From Octopus bimaculoides (Eukaryota): DNA of 61,326 nucleotides. The notes beneath the pieces were generated by a model, which was not told the origin of the DNA, did no database searches, and was given only the letters and a program-made list of their open reading frames with translations. The stretch is taken from the NCBI RefSeq assembly GCF_001194135.2, contig NC_068989.1, positions 62,844,700 to 62,906,025 on the forward strand, given 5' to 3'. Position 1 is the first letter of the stretch, and every line of letters starts with the position of its first letter. A program made the position numbers and the translations under genes. Below, in pieces: positions 24,611 through 36,960 of this stretch.

Positions 24611-24826
24611 NNNNNNNNNNNNNNNTGTGTGTGTGTGTGTATGTGTATGTGGGTGTGTGTGTTTGTGTGTGTGTGTGTGTGTATGTGTGTGTGTGTGTAT
24701 GCATGCATGCATGTATGTATGTATGTATGTAAGCAACTATCTACGTGTTTATATGAGGATATACAAGTGAAGTCATATGCTAAAGCTATGCTGAAATGTC
24801 TCGAATGTAAACTTTTAGTATCACAG
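23941..24826 (+). repeat. Dispersed ~72-bp direct duplication (23941-24012 and 24755-24826)
   Basis: GAGGATATACAAGTGGAGTCATATGCTAAAGCT...TTTAGTATCACA vs GAGGATATACAAGTGAAGTCATATGCTAAAGCT...TTTAGTATCACA. Confidence 0.85.
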
Positions 24827-24917
24827 GAGTGATAATTTATGCTTAGTGATATTTCGTCTGCTGTTACGTTCTAAGTTGAAATTCAGCCGCCATCACTGTG
24901 ATATTGCATATTGAAAG

Positions 24918-25147
24918 GGCGGCGAGCTGACATAATCGTTAGCAGGCCGGGTGAAATGCATAGCGGAATTTTGTCTGCTGTTTCGTTCTAAGTTGAATTT
25001 CGGCCTAGATCGACTTTGCCTTTCATCCTTTCAGGCTCGATTAAATAAATGCCAGTTACAAAGTGGGGGTCGATGTAATCGACTTAATCCTTTTGGGTAT
25101 CCTTGTTTGTCCCCTCTATGTTTAGCCCCCTTGGGCAATAAAAAATA
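24918..25147 (+). mobile_element. Full-length tail-B SINE with 18-bp TSD
   Basis: GGCGGCGAGCTGAC head through ...GGGCAATAAAAAATA. TSD GATATTGCATATTGAAAG (24900-24917) vs GATATTGCATATCGAAAG (25148-25165). Confidence 0.9.
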
Positions 25148-25623
25148 GATATTGCATATCGAAAGTGAGGTGTCAATTCCAAGAGGTTACAGGTAACATG
25201 AAATCCATAGTTAGAGTGACGAACACAATGCAATTACAAACGAAATAGAAAATACATAAAGAAACAGACAAGACAAAAGTAAATAGGTGTAGTTTTCCAT
25301 AAATTTCCGTTCAACCTTAATGATCTAAACAAACTGAAGAACAAAATAATGAAGAATAAAATAACAAAATCAAGTAAAGAAAGTAAAGTGATAAATTGGT
25401 TAAGACTGACCTCTTCCGTACTTATCAACTATTTCCTTGTCTCTTTTAAGTATCTCAATTAACTTCTGTCTCCCGTTAAAGAACTTGCCAAATTGACGTT
25501 AATTTCACACCGTCTACATTTTATATGCTATTTGAAACAATTATGAAAAAGTAATTAGTAGGCATCCTTACACCAAACCCACCCCGTGTATTCTTCCATA
25601 TACCCACTTACAAGTTAGTATGT

Positions 25624-25740
25624 TTGTTTATGTGCGTTTGTACTTGTGTGTATGTGTATGTGTGTATGTGTGTATGTGTATGTGTGTATGAGTATGTGTG
25701 TATGTGTATGTGTGTATGTGTATGTGTGTATGTGTGCGTG
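25624..25740. repeat. (TGTATG/TGTG)n compound microsatellite
   Basis: Direct reading. Confidence 0.9.
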
Positions 25741-27169
25741 GACATATGCTTCTTATTAATATCCTTATTATCTTTACCGGTTATATCAATAATATATGAC
25801 GGATTGAAAGTCTAACCCACATACAACGTAGTGCATATATTTTTAAATATCTGTACATGTATCTATATACAGATATGTGTATATAAAAAAAACGCCCATG
25901 CATTCATCTATATATGCTCATATCAGTATATAAACAGCATAAGCTACTTTGGCGCTAAAGTGACGCAACCCTGGAATAATGTAAGGTGTTAGTGAAAACA
26001 ATGCATCGGTCTAACGCGTTAAGCCATGGCGTTTATGAAATGTGGATGGTTTGTTGCTTGCACAACTTCACTGAAGATGGAAAACCCTACTATGTAGTTC
26101 TTGTTTTAAGCGCAAGTAATTCAGCAAGTGCATGTAGAAGGCGACTGCATGTATGTGAAGTCAAGCATCTGATGAAGCGGTAAAACGAAGGTATACAATG
26201 ATGTGTGGGGGGCGCACTAATGGTGAGCACGCCAATAAACTGGTGAATTTTATCTTATTTCTACCTTTATATATTTATAATTGATTAATATTCATCATTT
26301 TATTCAATAGCAGATATGTTTCAAAATGTAATTGCTGACGTATAAGTACTTTATGGAAGTACTGGTGCTTATATACGTGGCTCTTTTATTTAGAGAACGA
26401 TTGTGCATGCAAAGTCCAGTGCTAGAATATAATTAACCAGAACCTAATTGGCTGTATATTGTGTTAAATTCCAACTATTAACTGTCTGGATCAAGTTATA
26501 TTCCTTTAATTATCTCGATTTTATGTATGCTTAATGCCTATATTTGATATTAGTTATTTCAAACTTAATTTGCCTGAGAAATGTCTACTATATTTAAATT
26601 CAATACGGTTATGCATACTTATATGTAAATTTATATATGTGTGGATGTCTGAACGTCCACGTGCTTCTGTGTGTATGTATTAGGCAAGCAATATCATAAC
26701 ATCCGATATCAATATTGGTTGGTTAGTAAATTTCTCCGCTTACGTTTTACATCGTATGAGTGAAAAGGGAAGACAGAGTAAAAGAGAATTTCAGAGAGAA
26801 CAAAGATAACGGACGCATGAAGAGTGGCAGGTAACAGGCAACGCACACAGTGAGAGACAAGTACAGTGAAAAGACGTGGGAGAGAGAGAGTAAATGTCTG
26901 AGATATGAGACGAGATATAAAATTGAGAAATATGTTTAGCCTACGTTATGCGTCAATAACGCGGATTGCATTTTAGAACATAGATATTATATAAATTAGG
27001 GTGCATGTGCGTTTCTATAAAGGTATATCACAGAAATGCTCCAAAATAGTGCTTTTTCCCATGGAGAAGGGTTTTGATTAATTGTAATCAAAAAATACAA
27101 TTTGCTACAAGAAATAACACAGCGTTCACGTCGCCAAACTTGAATGACTTTAGACTACGCCATCTTACA

Positions 27170-27280
27170 TGCACATCCCTGTACGATACGCCTTTCTTCT
27201 CTCTCTTTCTCTCTGTATGTATATGCATATCCCTGTACGTTACGCAAATCTTCTCTCTCTTTCTCTCTGTATATATATAT
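27170..27280. repeat. Tandem duplication, 2 x ~55 bp
   Basis: TCCCTGTACG.TACGC...TCTTCTCTCTCTTTCTCTCTGTAT occurs twice. Confidence 0.85.
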
Positions 27281-27377
27281 AATTAATATGAGGGTGAGAA
27301 AAGTTTTATAAATTTTTACTACCAGTGCAGAAAAAATTAGTCAATAGGCTATATATTATTTATATAAATACAGTGTA

Positions 27378-27543
27378 CAATTAAACACATAAGAGGTATC
27401 CATCATAGGACACCTGGCATGCTAGAAAGAATAGCCAAAATCCAAACAACTGCAAAATTAATCCCTAATAGTGGTTTGGATTTTGGCGATTCCTTCTAGC
27501 GTGCCAGGTTTCCTATGGTGGATACCTCTTATGTGTTTAACTG
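27378..27543. mobile_element. Tc1/mariner-pogo-type MITE, ~70-bp TIRs, TA TSD
   Basis: Left arm TA|CAATTAAACACATAAGAGGTATCCATC...GCCAAAATCCAAAC. Right arm GTTTGGATTTTGGC...GGATACCTCTTATGTGTTTAACTG|TA. Spacer ~26 nt. Confidence 0.8.
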
Positions 27544-27911
27544 TAATATATATATANNNNNNNNNNNNNNNNNNNNNNNNNNNNNNNNNNNNNNNNNNNN
27601 NNNNNNNNNNNNNNNNNNNNNNNNNNNNNNNNNNNNNNNNNNNNNNNNNNNNNNNNNNNNNNNNNNNNNNNNNNNNNNNNNNNNNNNNNNNNNNNNNNNN
27701 NNNNNNNNNNNNNNNNNNNNNNNNNNNNNNNNNNNNNNNNNNNNNNNNNNNNNNNNNNNNNNNNNNNNNNNNNNNNNNNNNNNNNNNNNNNNNNNNNNNN
27801 NNNNNNNNNNNNNNNNNNNNNNNNNNNNNNNNNNNNNNNNNNNNNNNNNNNNNNNNNNNNNNNNNNNNNNNNNNNNNNNNNNNNNNNNNNNNNNNNNNNN
27901 NNNNNNNNNNN

Positions 27912-28310
27912 ATTTGAATTCAGAACGTAGCGTAAGACGTAATATCTATTTCTTTATTACCCATAAAGGGCTATACAAAGAATGTTTAAGACAATACAAA
28001 ATATAAAGACGGTACAAAACGCAACAAACATACAATCGGGGAACTAAAAATTACAAAAACGTATGATAATAGAAGACACATTAAAATAAAATAATATGCA
28101 AGAATGAAAAAATGAGGCGCAGTGTCCACTCGACACCCGAAGTCGGGTGGTTACATTTATCCAGTTTTTCACTTTTACGTTAAACATCATGTAAACATTT
28201 TAACTGTTTTGCAACTAAAAAAATTGAAACACTCGCGTTACCTTTCTCCCATTAATCACTGTTACTTGTGCCCTTACCAACCATACCCTTATCGTTGTAA
28301 TATTTTCACC
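27912..28310 (-). mobile_element. Second copy of the Tx1-like element 3' end (27948-~28310) joined to a SINE body (27912-27947)
   Basis: Near-identical to 18844-19093. On the minus strand ...GGGTAATAAAGAAAT is followed by AGATATTACGTCTTACGCTACGTTCTGAATTCAAAT (SINE body, B-box). Confidence 0.85.
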
Positions 28311-29226
28311 ACGTGTTTGTGTGCGTGCTTGTGTGTATATGTGTGCATGTGTGTGTATCTGTGAAATATACAACAGAAATGCAGAAGATATTCAGACGTT
28401 TATCAAGCACTTCTAAATCTTTTCGTATCATTCGTAGGCGTCTCTAGATCGTAAGCGTTTCACCCCTCGGCATGTACACTTGGCCTGAATAGAACAGCAG
28501 CGAGGATTGGGATAGTCTTAACCTATGTACTTGGGAATCAATTTATTTACCTCACTGCCACGCTTGCGTCTATATATATATATATATATATNNNNNNNNN
28601 NNNNNNNNNNNNNNNNNNNNNNNNNNNNNNNNNNNNNNNNNNNNNNNNNNNNNNNNNNNNNNNNNNNNNNNNNNNNNNNNNNNNNNNNNNNNNNNNNNNN
28701 NNNNNNNNNNNNNNNNNNNNNNNNNNNNNNNNNNNNNNNNNNNNNNNNNNNNNNNNNNNNNNNNNNNNNNNNNNNNNNNNNNNNNNNNNNNNNNNNNNNN
28801 NNNNNNNNNNNNNNNNNNNNNNNNNNNNNNNNNNNNNNNNNNNNNNNNNNNNNNNNNNNNNNNNNNNNNNNNNNNNNNNNNNNNNNNNNNNNNNNNNNNN
28901 NNNNNNNNNNNNNNNNNNNNNNNNNNNNNNNNNNNNNNNNNNNNNNNNNNNNNNNNNNNNNNNNNNNNNNNNNNNNNNNNNNNNNNNNNNNNNNNNNNNN
29001 NNNNNNNNNNNNNNNNNNNNNNNNNNNNNNNNNNNNNNNNNNNNNNNNNNNNNNNNNNNNNNNNNNNNNNNNNNNNNNNNNNNNNNNNNNNNNNNNNNNN
29101 NNNNNNNNNNNNNNNNNNNNNNNNNNNNNNNNNNNNNNNNNNNNNNNNNNNNNNNNNNNNNNNNNNNNNNNNNNNNNNNNNNNNNNNNNNNNNNNNNNNN
29201 NNNNNNNNNNNNNNNNNNNNNNNNNN

Positions 29227-29257
<31 letters not shown>

Positions 29258-29632
29258 TGTGTGTGTGTAGAGAGACAGAGAGACAGAGGAGTATGTAATC
29301 GTTTTGATCAATCCATTAGAACTAACTCGTACATAATGTTCTATGTAGCTTGGATGAAACATTATCTGGAATGTGTAGGCAATAATATACATGTAGCGTC
29401 TATATATCTATCGAAAGACTTGACAATATCATTGTGCATCATTAAAGTGCAAGAAATAGTTTGTCCGTGTGAAAACACATCTGCCTAGCGAAAGTACATC
29501 TGAATAATAATTCCATGATTGGGGTGCACGATTTGTAGCAAATAATTCATTAGCAACACTGCATAGAATAAGTGAACAAAAACATTTCATTTCGAATCTA
29601 TGTATACTAGATGTTATACACATTCTATTTTA

Positions 29633-29790
29633 AGGTGGTGGGCTGGCAGAATCGTTACTGCTTCAGGAAAAATGCTTAGCGGCATTTCTTTAGACTTTAC
29701 GTCCTGAGTTAAAATGCTGCCGGGGTCGATAAAATAAACAATAGTTAAACACTGAGACCGATGTAATCGACTTGTCCGCACTCGCGATTT
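29633..29790 (+). mobile_element. tRNA-head SINE, internally deleted
   Basis: GGTGGTGGGCTGGCAGAATCGTTA...ATGCTTAGCGGCATTTC...GGGGTCGATAAAAT...GATGTAATCGACT. Confidence 0.8.
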
Positions 29791-30299
29791 TCTAGACCTC
29801 GTGACGAATATTGAAATCAATAGTACCAAATGCTGCAATTTTGCTTAATAAACCAAGTAGGAACGATTCGTTATCAAAATACGAAATAAGCAAAATTTTC
29901 AATTTTAATATATGCTTCCATCTACAAATGCTGTAGATAGTATTGTTAATACTACCAAACAATAGTATTGTTTGTAGAAGGTCAAAATAATCAATAAAAA
30001 ACGAACGTAAAATTTACAGTGTAAATATAAAAGCAATATAAATATGTTGTCCTATTTTTGTTCTTTCTAATATTTATATAACTATTTAGAAAAATTTGGC
30101 ATATGTAGGTAACATATAATTAAAAGTATCTAATGCGTCTTCTATACTGTAATTTTGTTCTTCCTAAGCAGTTGTATTGTGTACAAATAATTGTTTTCTT
30201 CTCCTGATATTTGCATCTTTCTTTTCGTTCCGGTGTGAATCAAACAAAATTCAAACATTTCTAACCTGAAAAGAATAAAGTATTGCCACCAATATGTAA

Positions 30300-30333
30300 G
30301 TGTGCGTGACCGCGCGCGTGTGTGTATGTGTGC

Positions 30334-30384
<51 letters not shown>

Positions 30385-30430
30385 CGAGACAGAAAGACAG
30401 ACAGACAAACAGACAGTGACAGAGACTGGC
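30300..30430. repeat. (GT)n-(GA)n-(GACA)n compound microsatellite
   Basis: Direct reading. Confidence 0.95.
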
Positions 30431-31009
30431 AGCAGACAGTGACAGAGTGTCTTCCTGCACGGTCATCTATTGAACGTGATGTGTTAATAATTACAAATAG
30501 AGTGAATCCATTAGAATAAAACACAAAGGCAAAGAACGGGTGGTTCAGGAATAAAGAATTGGGGAGGCAAGTGATAAAATACTACACATAATACAGAGAT
30601 ACCGGGGCTCAGTTTCCTCGCATCCCCAACATAAGAACTTAAAAGTTTCAGAAATATATATGAGAGTGACAAGCTTAACTAAATTTCCAGAATATTACAC
30701 GTTTGACAAACCGTAATTAAATAAAATTCTTAATTAAAATTGCTAATTAACAATAGGTATATGAAATGTATATACCATAGTGCATATGAGTTTATACGAA
30801 AGATTTTCAGACCTCAATATCCTTCTCGCAAATAATTTCTAACGTATAGTACTAACGTTGTATCACTGAATAATATTTGTTTTTGATGCACGTTGTTATA
30901 AGAATGTTCTGTCCAAAGTAATTGTGCTACGTTTAAAATACTTCTATATGAGCTTAAATGCATGCAGAAATATCGAACGCCGTGACAACATATTTATATG
31001 TGAGATGCT

Positions 31010-31180
31010 TACATACATACATATACACACATACATACTTACATACATACCTAACGCACACATACATACATACTTACATACATAACGCACACATACTTAC
31101 ATACACACATACATACGTACATATATACTTATACACACATACACAGACACGCATGCACGTATGTATATCTATATATATAT
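31010..31180. repeat. (CATA)n/(CA)n degenerate microsatellite
   Basis: Direct reading. Confidence 0.9.
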
Positions 31181-32107
31181 TAAGCTACACGATGTATGAT
31201 GTGTGATAACTATCGCGTTGTTTAATAACTCGTAACCAGAGTTCCGCATTACTTAGCCGAAGTATATTAATCATAACATTGAGTAGTATGTAATTTATAT
31301 GCATAATATGCCCACCAACCACTGCTTTCCGTGCTCAGAAAATTTAAAGGTAGTGTTGTATGGAATTTTATCAACTTGTAATCATCGCATTGAAAGTTTT
31401 GGAGTGAACTTTGAGGATTCCGGCTATACTATTAGCCGTAAGCTTCAAAGGATTACTATGCCATTAGTTGAAATCGGGAATGTTCGTTTTTAATTATATA
31501 CGCATAGATACATCTGTCAGTAAATATACACCAACGCGTCAAGAAAACCAAGCTAAGAGACCTTTTTCTGGGAGATTTAACAGTTAAATTTCCCTAAGCC
31601 ACATACCTGGTCTTCGAAAAGTAGGTTATATTTCATGATGTATTTAGAGATAAACTATACCAGAATCACGCATGAAGTGCCTATCATTATAAATTAACTT
31701 AAATAATGTCAGCATGAGAATAAATTAAAGCCTCAACAACGATTCTCACCATATTTTAACATTTTGATCTTCTATTATATACATGTATAGGCTTGGTGAT
31801 GTGGCACTTATAAATTTAACTCACTTATATATAGATCATAATTATGTATTAATATCCATATTTGCTTTGTCGCTATGTTTTGTTGTAATATTTAAGTAAA
31901 TGTGTTTGCATAGTGTACGTTATTACATCAACTAGTCAAGGTATTTTGGAGATAGCTATAAAGGTTTACCATGGATTATCTTCTTTCTTTCTACATAATT
32001 GCATTTAGTTATATGTAACATAATTCCAAATGTTTAGAGGCCATATACAGTTGCCTGCCCATCTTTGATATTTAAAATTATACCCTTTATCTAAAGCGTC
32101 GAGTTTT

Positions 32108-32310
32108 AGAATTGTTGGCGCGCCGGGAGAAATGCTTACCGGATTTTCTTTCTTATTTACGTTCTGAGATAAAATTACGCCGAGGTCGACATTGCCTTTC
32201 ATCCTTTAGAGGTCGCTACAATAAGTACCAGTTGTGTACTGAGGTCGAAGAATCGACTTATTCCCTCCTCCGAAATTGCTGTCCTCGTGCCACAATTTGA
32301 TACAAATATA
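32108..32310 (+). mobile_element. tRNA-head SINE (tail A variant), 5'-truncated
   Basis: GCGCCGGGAGAAATGCTTACCGG...CCGAGGTCGACATTGCCTTTCATCCTTT...CCGAAATTGCTGTCCTCGTGCC. Confidence 0.85.
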
Positions 32311-32519
32311 ATTCCCTCGATCTTTGCGTTCCTTATGCCCCAACCTTCGTGCCGACAGGAAATATTTTTCTTTTTTTCGTGTTTAAAAGTTCTCTTTCTA
32401 GTAGTAATCAGAGCCTTATCTACTGAATACACAGACGCACGCACGCACGCACGCACGCACGCATACACCCCCCCACACACACACACACGTGTGTGTGTGT
32501 GTGTGTGTGTATATGTATA

Positions 32520-33195
32520 CGAGACGATACCCAAAAGTAACCGGAAACGTTCTGTTCGTGACATGCCAGTTGTAGTTCAGGCTTCTGCCTCTAGAAATCA
32601 CTTGAAGCGAACCTTAGGCTTCAGTCAGCCGTCTGGCGTCATTGGGTAAAATCATACTGCCGTGTACTGCGTCTTTCTTTTGCAGTGCTCATTGTCTAAA
32701 ATGAAGGAACAGCGTACCTCAGTGAAATTCCATTATTCGGCAAGGAAAAACGGCGGCCGAAACAATTTTCATGCTTGAAACAACTGTCATTGACGCTGCC
32801 ATGTGCAAAACACAAGTTTACGAGTGGTTTTCATGCTTCAGGAATGGTCACTTGTGTCTTGAAGATCAACCTTGTCCAGGACGACCCTTGACCTCCCAGA
32901 CGAATAAAGACATTGTGAAAATTCATGAACTGATGTTTGCTTTGTCCAACAGCTCCTGCTAACGAATATTGAACGACGAATTGTAAATGAAAAGTGTTCC
33001 AGCAGAATTTATAACTTGCTTGCTCACGGAAGATGAAAAGCAATCACGCCTGAAAGTGTGTCATGAACTGAAAGAATAGTTGGAAATTGATCCGCATTTC
33101 CTCCGAAGTTCACCACTATTGACCAAATCTGGTGCTACAGAATTTTCAGATGTTGAAGAGGTGAAAAGAAAGGAAAAGGAGATTTTAAAAAGCAT
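32520..33195 (+). mobile_element. Decayed mariner element, internally deleted
   Basis: TA|CGAG...CAAAAGTAACCGGAA TIR-like start. Transposase N-terminal HTH remnants (AAMCKTQVYEWFSCFRNG...EDQPCPGRP). The DD core is missing. Confidence 0.8.
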
Positions 33196-33229
<34 letters not shown>

Positions 33230-33514
33230 TACTTTAAGTTTGTTTGCGGAAAACGCTTTTGTGTACGCATATTTAAAGGTCCTGTTCTACTATGTCGGCT
33301 ACAGGCTAATGATACCAAATTGCAATAGCACTTGCACCGAGGGTTGTACCGAGAGTTGAACCGAGATGTACCGATATGATGTTGAATAAACAATGATAAT
33401 AATCCATGGGTGGAATTTATAAATATTTTAAAGCATCGATACGCGCGTAGTGTAGTATTGTGACATTTATGAATTTTATATATGGGTTATTATCTCTATA
33501 ATTATTATATATAT

Positions 33515-33810
33515 TCTTTTCTCTTTCTTTCATTCTGTTATTTGTTCCAGTCATTAAACTGCAGCCATGCTGGAACAAAGCCTTGCGGGTTTTTTTCGTT
33601 TCTTTTAGTTTAATGAATCAAGCCCAATATTTATTTTTTAAGGTAGCTACTTATTGTGTTGCAATCTTTGGACGAACCGCTAAGTAACGGAAGGCAAACA
33701 CACCAACACTCGTTGTCAAGCGTTGGTGGCAAACGAGATAGAAATGCACAGACGCACACGCGCGCGCGCGCACATATGCACAAACACACTCAAACACACA
33801 CACACGGCTT
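33515..33810 (-). mobile_element. SINE family C, decayed
   Basis: CAGTCATTAAACTGCAGCCATGCTGGA tail and GAACCGCTAAGTAACGG...GTTGTCAAGC body, then a (CA/CG)n tract. Confidence 0.75.
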
Positions 33811-35862
33811 GATTTATTCAAGAACCGTTATTACAACCATGTCACCAGCTTCAAGAATAGTCATAAGAAACATTCAACATCTTTGGCCGATGTTGTATGG
33901 CGATTTGAACATAAAATTGAATATAAAATAACTTGCTCCATAGTTAGTTACACAAAAGCATATATTATTTTTTCTTAGCGATGCGGACTCTGTTCCGAGG
34001 AATACTTGTCTACAGAATGAGCCAATGAGATGATCATTGATAGAATTTCTGAAATACTCTCAACATGCTTACATGCATATAAATGCACTTTCTCACACTG
34101 ATATGGGAATGAATTTCACTAACTGTTGACGCAATCCGAATTAAAGTATGGGTGAATTCAATTTTGCTTTAACCTCCACATTATTATCAACACCACGTAG
34201 CTATTTAACTCGCTACGTGAACGTATGGGCATCAAGCCACACATGTACGTATGCTTACATCTTCGTGGCTGCTTGCATGAGCAATCGTACATGCGTCATA
34301 CAAGCTACGCGAGGGCGTTTATACATCCATATCCGTTAACCGTTATATCTAATAATTCTTTCGCTGTATTGCGAGATGGTTTCTTTTTTGTATCTGATGA
34401 TTTATCATTGATTATTCTAAGAACTGAAAAGATACATTGCGGCACTGTTACTTTAACGAATTGCATTTGTTTATCACCCGAAGAGATATGTCTGCACCGT
34501 TGGATGCTCCCGAATCAGTTAAGTATCCTACCCTTGAGGGATCGATGCTATATGTGTCGAAACATATGTAGTAACCAATACAAACTCGCGTATCTTCCAT
34601 CTTCCGTTTCCCATTAACCATATAATGGTAAAGTAGTTTTCAAGATATAAGAGATTTTCAAAACGGTGCATAATGGGAAAATGTTCCAAAAATAATCTTA
34701 ATCATGAAAGGGGAAAATCTCTTAACTTTCTATCAGACAACGAAAACATTTTTTTTTTTAATTTCTATTTTCACTTTTGTTGGACACAATATTTTAATCA
34801 TTTACAAATATTTTAAAGTAGATGTGATTTGAAAAATGTAAGTGTTTGTACAGTAAGTATGTATCTTTTAGATTACTTGAAACAGACAATATCTTAATGT
34901 TTTTTAAATTATTTTCAAGTGAATACCATTACAAACTTTTTTTGGCATATTTAAAAAATATTCTAAAGTGAATATGACTTTAAGAATACTGTAAATATTT
35001 CGTAAAAGACTTGTTCGTAACCTCAGAGTGAAATAGTTTTTTTTTTCGAGTGCATTCAACGTATCTGCCATCCACGTAACAGCTGTTTCCAATAAAGGAC
35101 CCGAAATACCTGTTACGTGGTAGCACGACGCACAAGAAATAGCAGCCAAATGTTCCCAACGCACGAAACAAAACTTCTCTGCTGGGAAACTGAGAATTTT
35201 CCAGTGACCTAACGGGTCACGGGTAGTGTAGTGTATGTATACACACATACATTCGCACACACTAATGTATAAATATATACCCATGTATATATCTACATGC
35301 ATACATGTATAGGTGTGTATATGTACACATATATATATACATATATNNNNNNNNNNNNNNNNNNNNNNNNNNNNNNNNNNATATATATATAATGTGTGTG
35401 TGTGTCTGCGTGCATGAATAAATGCATATAAAAATTCATTAAATCGCTTCTACATTATTTAACAGTACTTAAAATTCAGAGATATAAAAAATCACATATC
35501 GTGTATCGGATCATATGCACGTACTTTGCTGTAACGTATGGGTTTCAGGTATATATCTTTATTTCCTAATGTCTGTTAGCATCACTTGTGTACGTTTACA
35601 TTCGCACGGCCTTCGGACTCGCGACCTTCAGACTGTAAAATTTTACTACCACGTTTTGACAGTACATATTATAACTTACGGTTTTATATCACTTGCAAGC
35701 AATTATACTTTTATAACCAATGCTCACATAAAGATTTCCTTGTAAAAATATTAATTTGCATTTGTCTAAATATATAAAATTAAAATACACAACCCAGTAT
35801 ATATAATCGTAGACACATTCTGGCTTATGTTTTGTGTGCGTGCGTGCGTGTGTGTGTGTGGG

Positions 35863-35899
<37 letters not shown>

Positions 35900-36224
35900 A
35901 TGCGCGCATCCGTATGTGCTTGCGTGTTCGTTTGGTTTTTGTGTTTGTGCATTTCATCATGTCTAACTATTTAAGAATGCCATACATACTATTTTCTATA
36001 TATAAAATAAAGCATTCTCCTTCTCATTTACATAGTATTGGAGACCTCTTTCTCAAAACTGACAACTATCTTAGTAAAAATGTTGAATCTTTTCTACTGC
36101 CAGCACAGAATTCTAGATGTTTTAATTTGGTTCCAATTGTGTTCAAATTTTGGTGATGTACTTTTGTATGCTAATTATTGAAAAGAAACAGTTTTACCAT
36201 AAATTAATAAATAAAAAGAATTAA

Positions 36225-36960
36225 TAGGTTTTAAAGTTTGGTAATTTTAGCTAATCGAAAGCCACAGACGTATGGCTGCCTATTTCCAGAGTAACATATT
36301 AAACTGTAGTCCGGTCCCGACAATGACGTAACGAGTGTGTGTGTCTGTCAGAAATGATACATGATTGGATGGTGGCACCCTTTCTCTTAAAACTGTACTG
36401 CTCTAAATCATTTACTCGTGGGTCAAGGGACTGACTTCGGTCCAGTTTTTTGTTGAAGAACTGAGGACGAGGCACTGCTAAGCTGGTGGTTGCAATAGTT
36501 ATTTTCACAAAATATTTATGCAAACCAGTTCAGATAAGCGGCCCTGGAAATCCTGTTGAGATAGACGAAACAGTCTTCTCAAGATGTAAATACAACCGAG
36601 GAAGGATGCTTGATAGCTGAGCAGTCGGTTTTCAGAGAAACGTGTCGCGAGTTCAGACAAGCTTCTATTTATGCGGTGCCATGTCGGAATCGTGGCGCAC
36701 TAGTTGTTCGCTAACTACTGGAGGGCCTACTCTCACATTCCTGAAATTGATGGTTATAATTTTCGACATCGAACAGTGAACCACAGCGTTGAGATTATTA
36801 ATTTAAAAGATAGTACCCTCATGTAGCAAGTGGGAAAAACACATGGGCCTATGTAAAAGGATGGAATAAGCGACGTTGTGGGACCCGCCGTTCAAATGTT
36901 GTTTGTATTTCTGTGAGCGTATGCGGCGCAGGTGGTATGAAAATTGTAATTTGTTTGAGG
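36225..36960 (+). mobile_element. Merlin (IS1016-like DDE) DNA transposon remnant
   Basis: Frameshifted translation: QISGPGNPVEIDETVFSRCKYNRGR ... YWRAYSHIPEIDGYNFRHRTVNHS ... NKRRCGTRR. These match Merlin GGPG..VEIDE, RKYNRGR and H.TVNHS motifs. Confidence 0.8.

Noticed and set aside
26164-26205. CATCTGATGAAGCGGTAAAACGAAGGTATACAATG as a hammerhead
   Set aside because: CUGAUGA is present, but stem II, the GAAA box and the NUH triplet cannot all be formed.
33330-33378. Three to four copies of a ~12-bp ACCGAG unit
   Set aside because: A short degenerate minisatellite with no unique spacers. It is not CRISPR-like and the context is eukaryotic.
35200-35232. GTGACC/GGTCAC hairpin followed by GGGTAGT as a Helitron 3' end
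   Set aside because: No CTAG terminus at the usual spacing and no 5' TC end identified.
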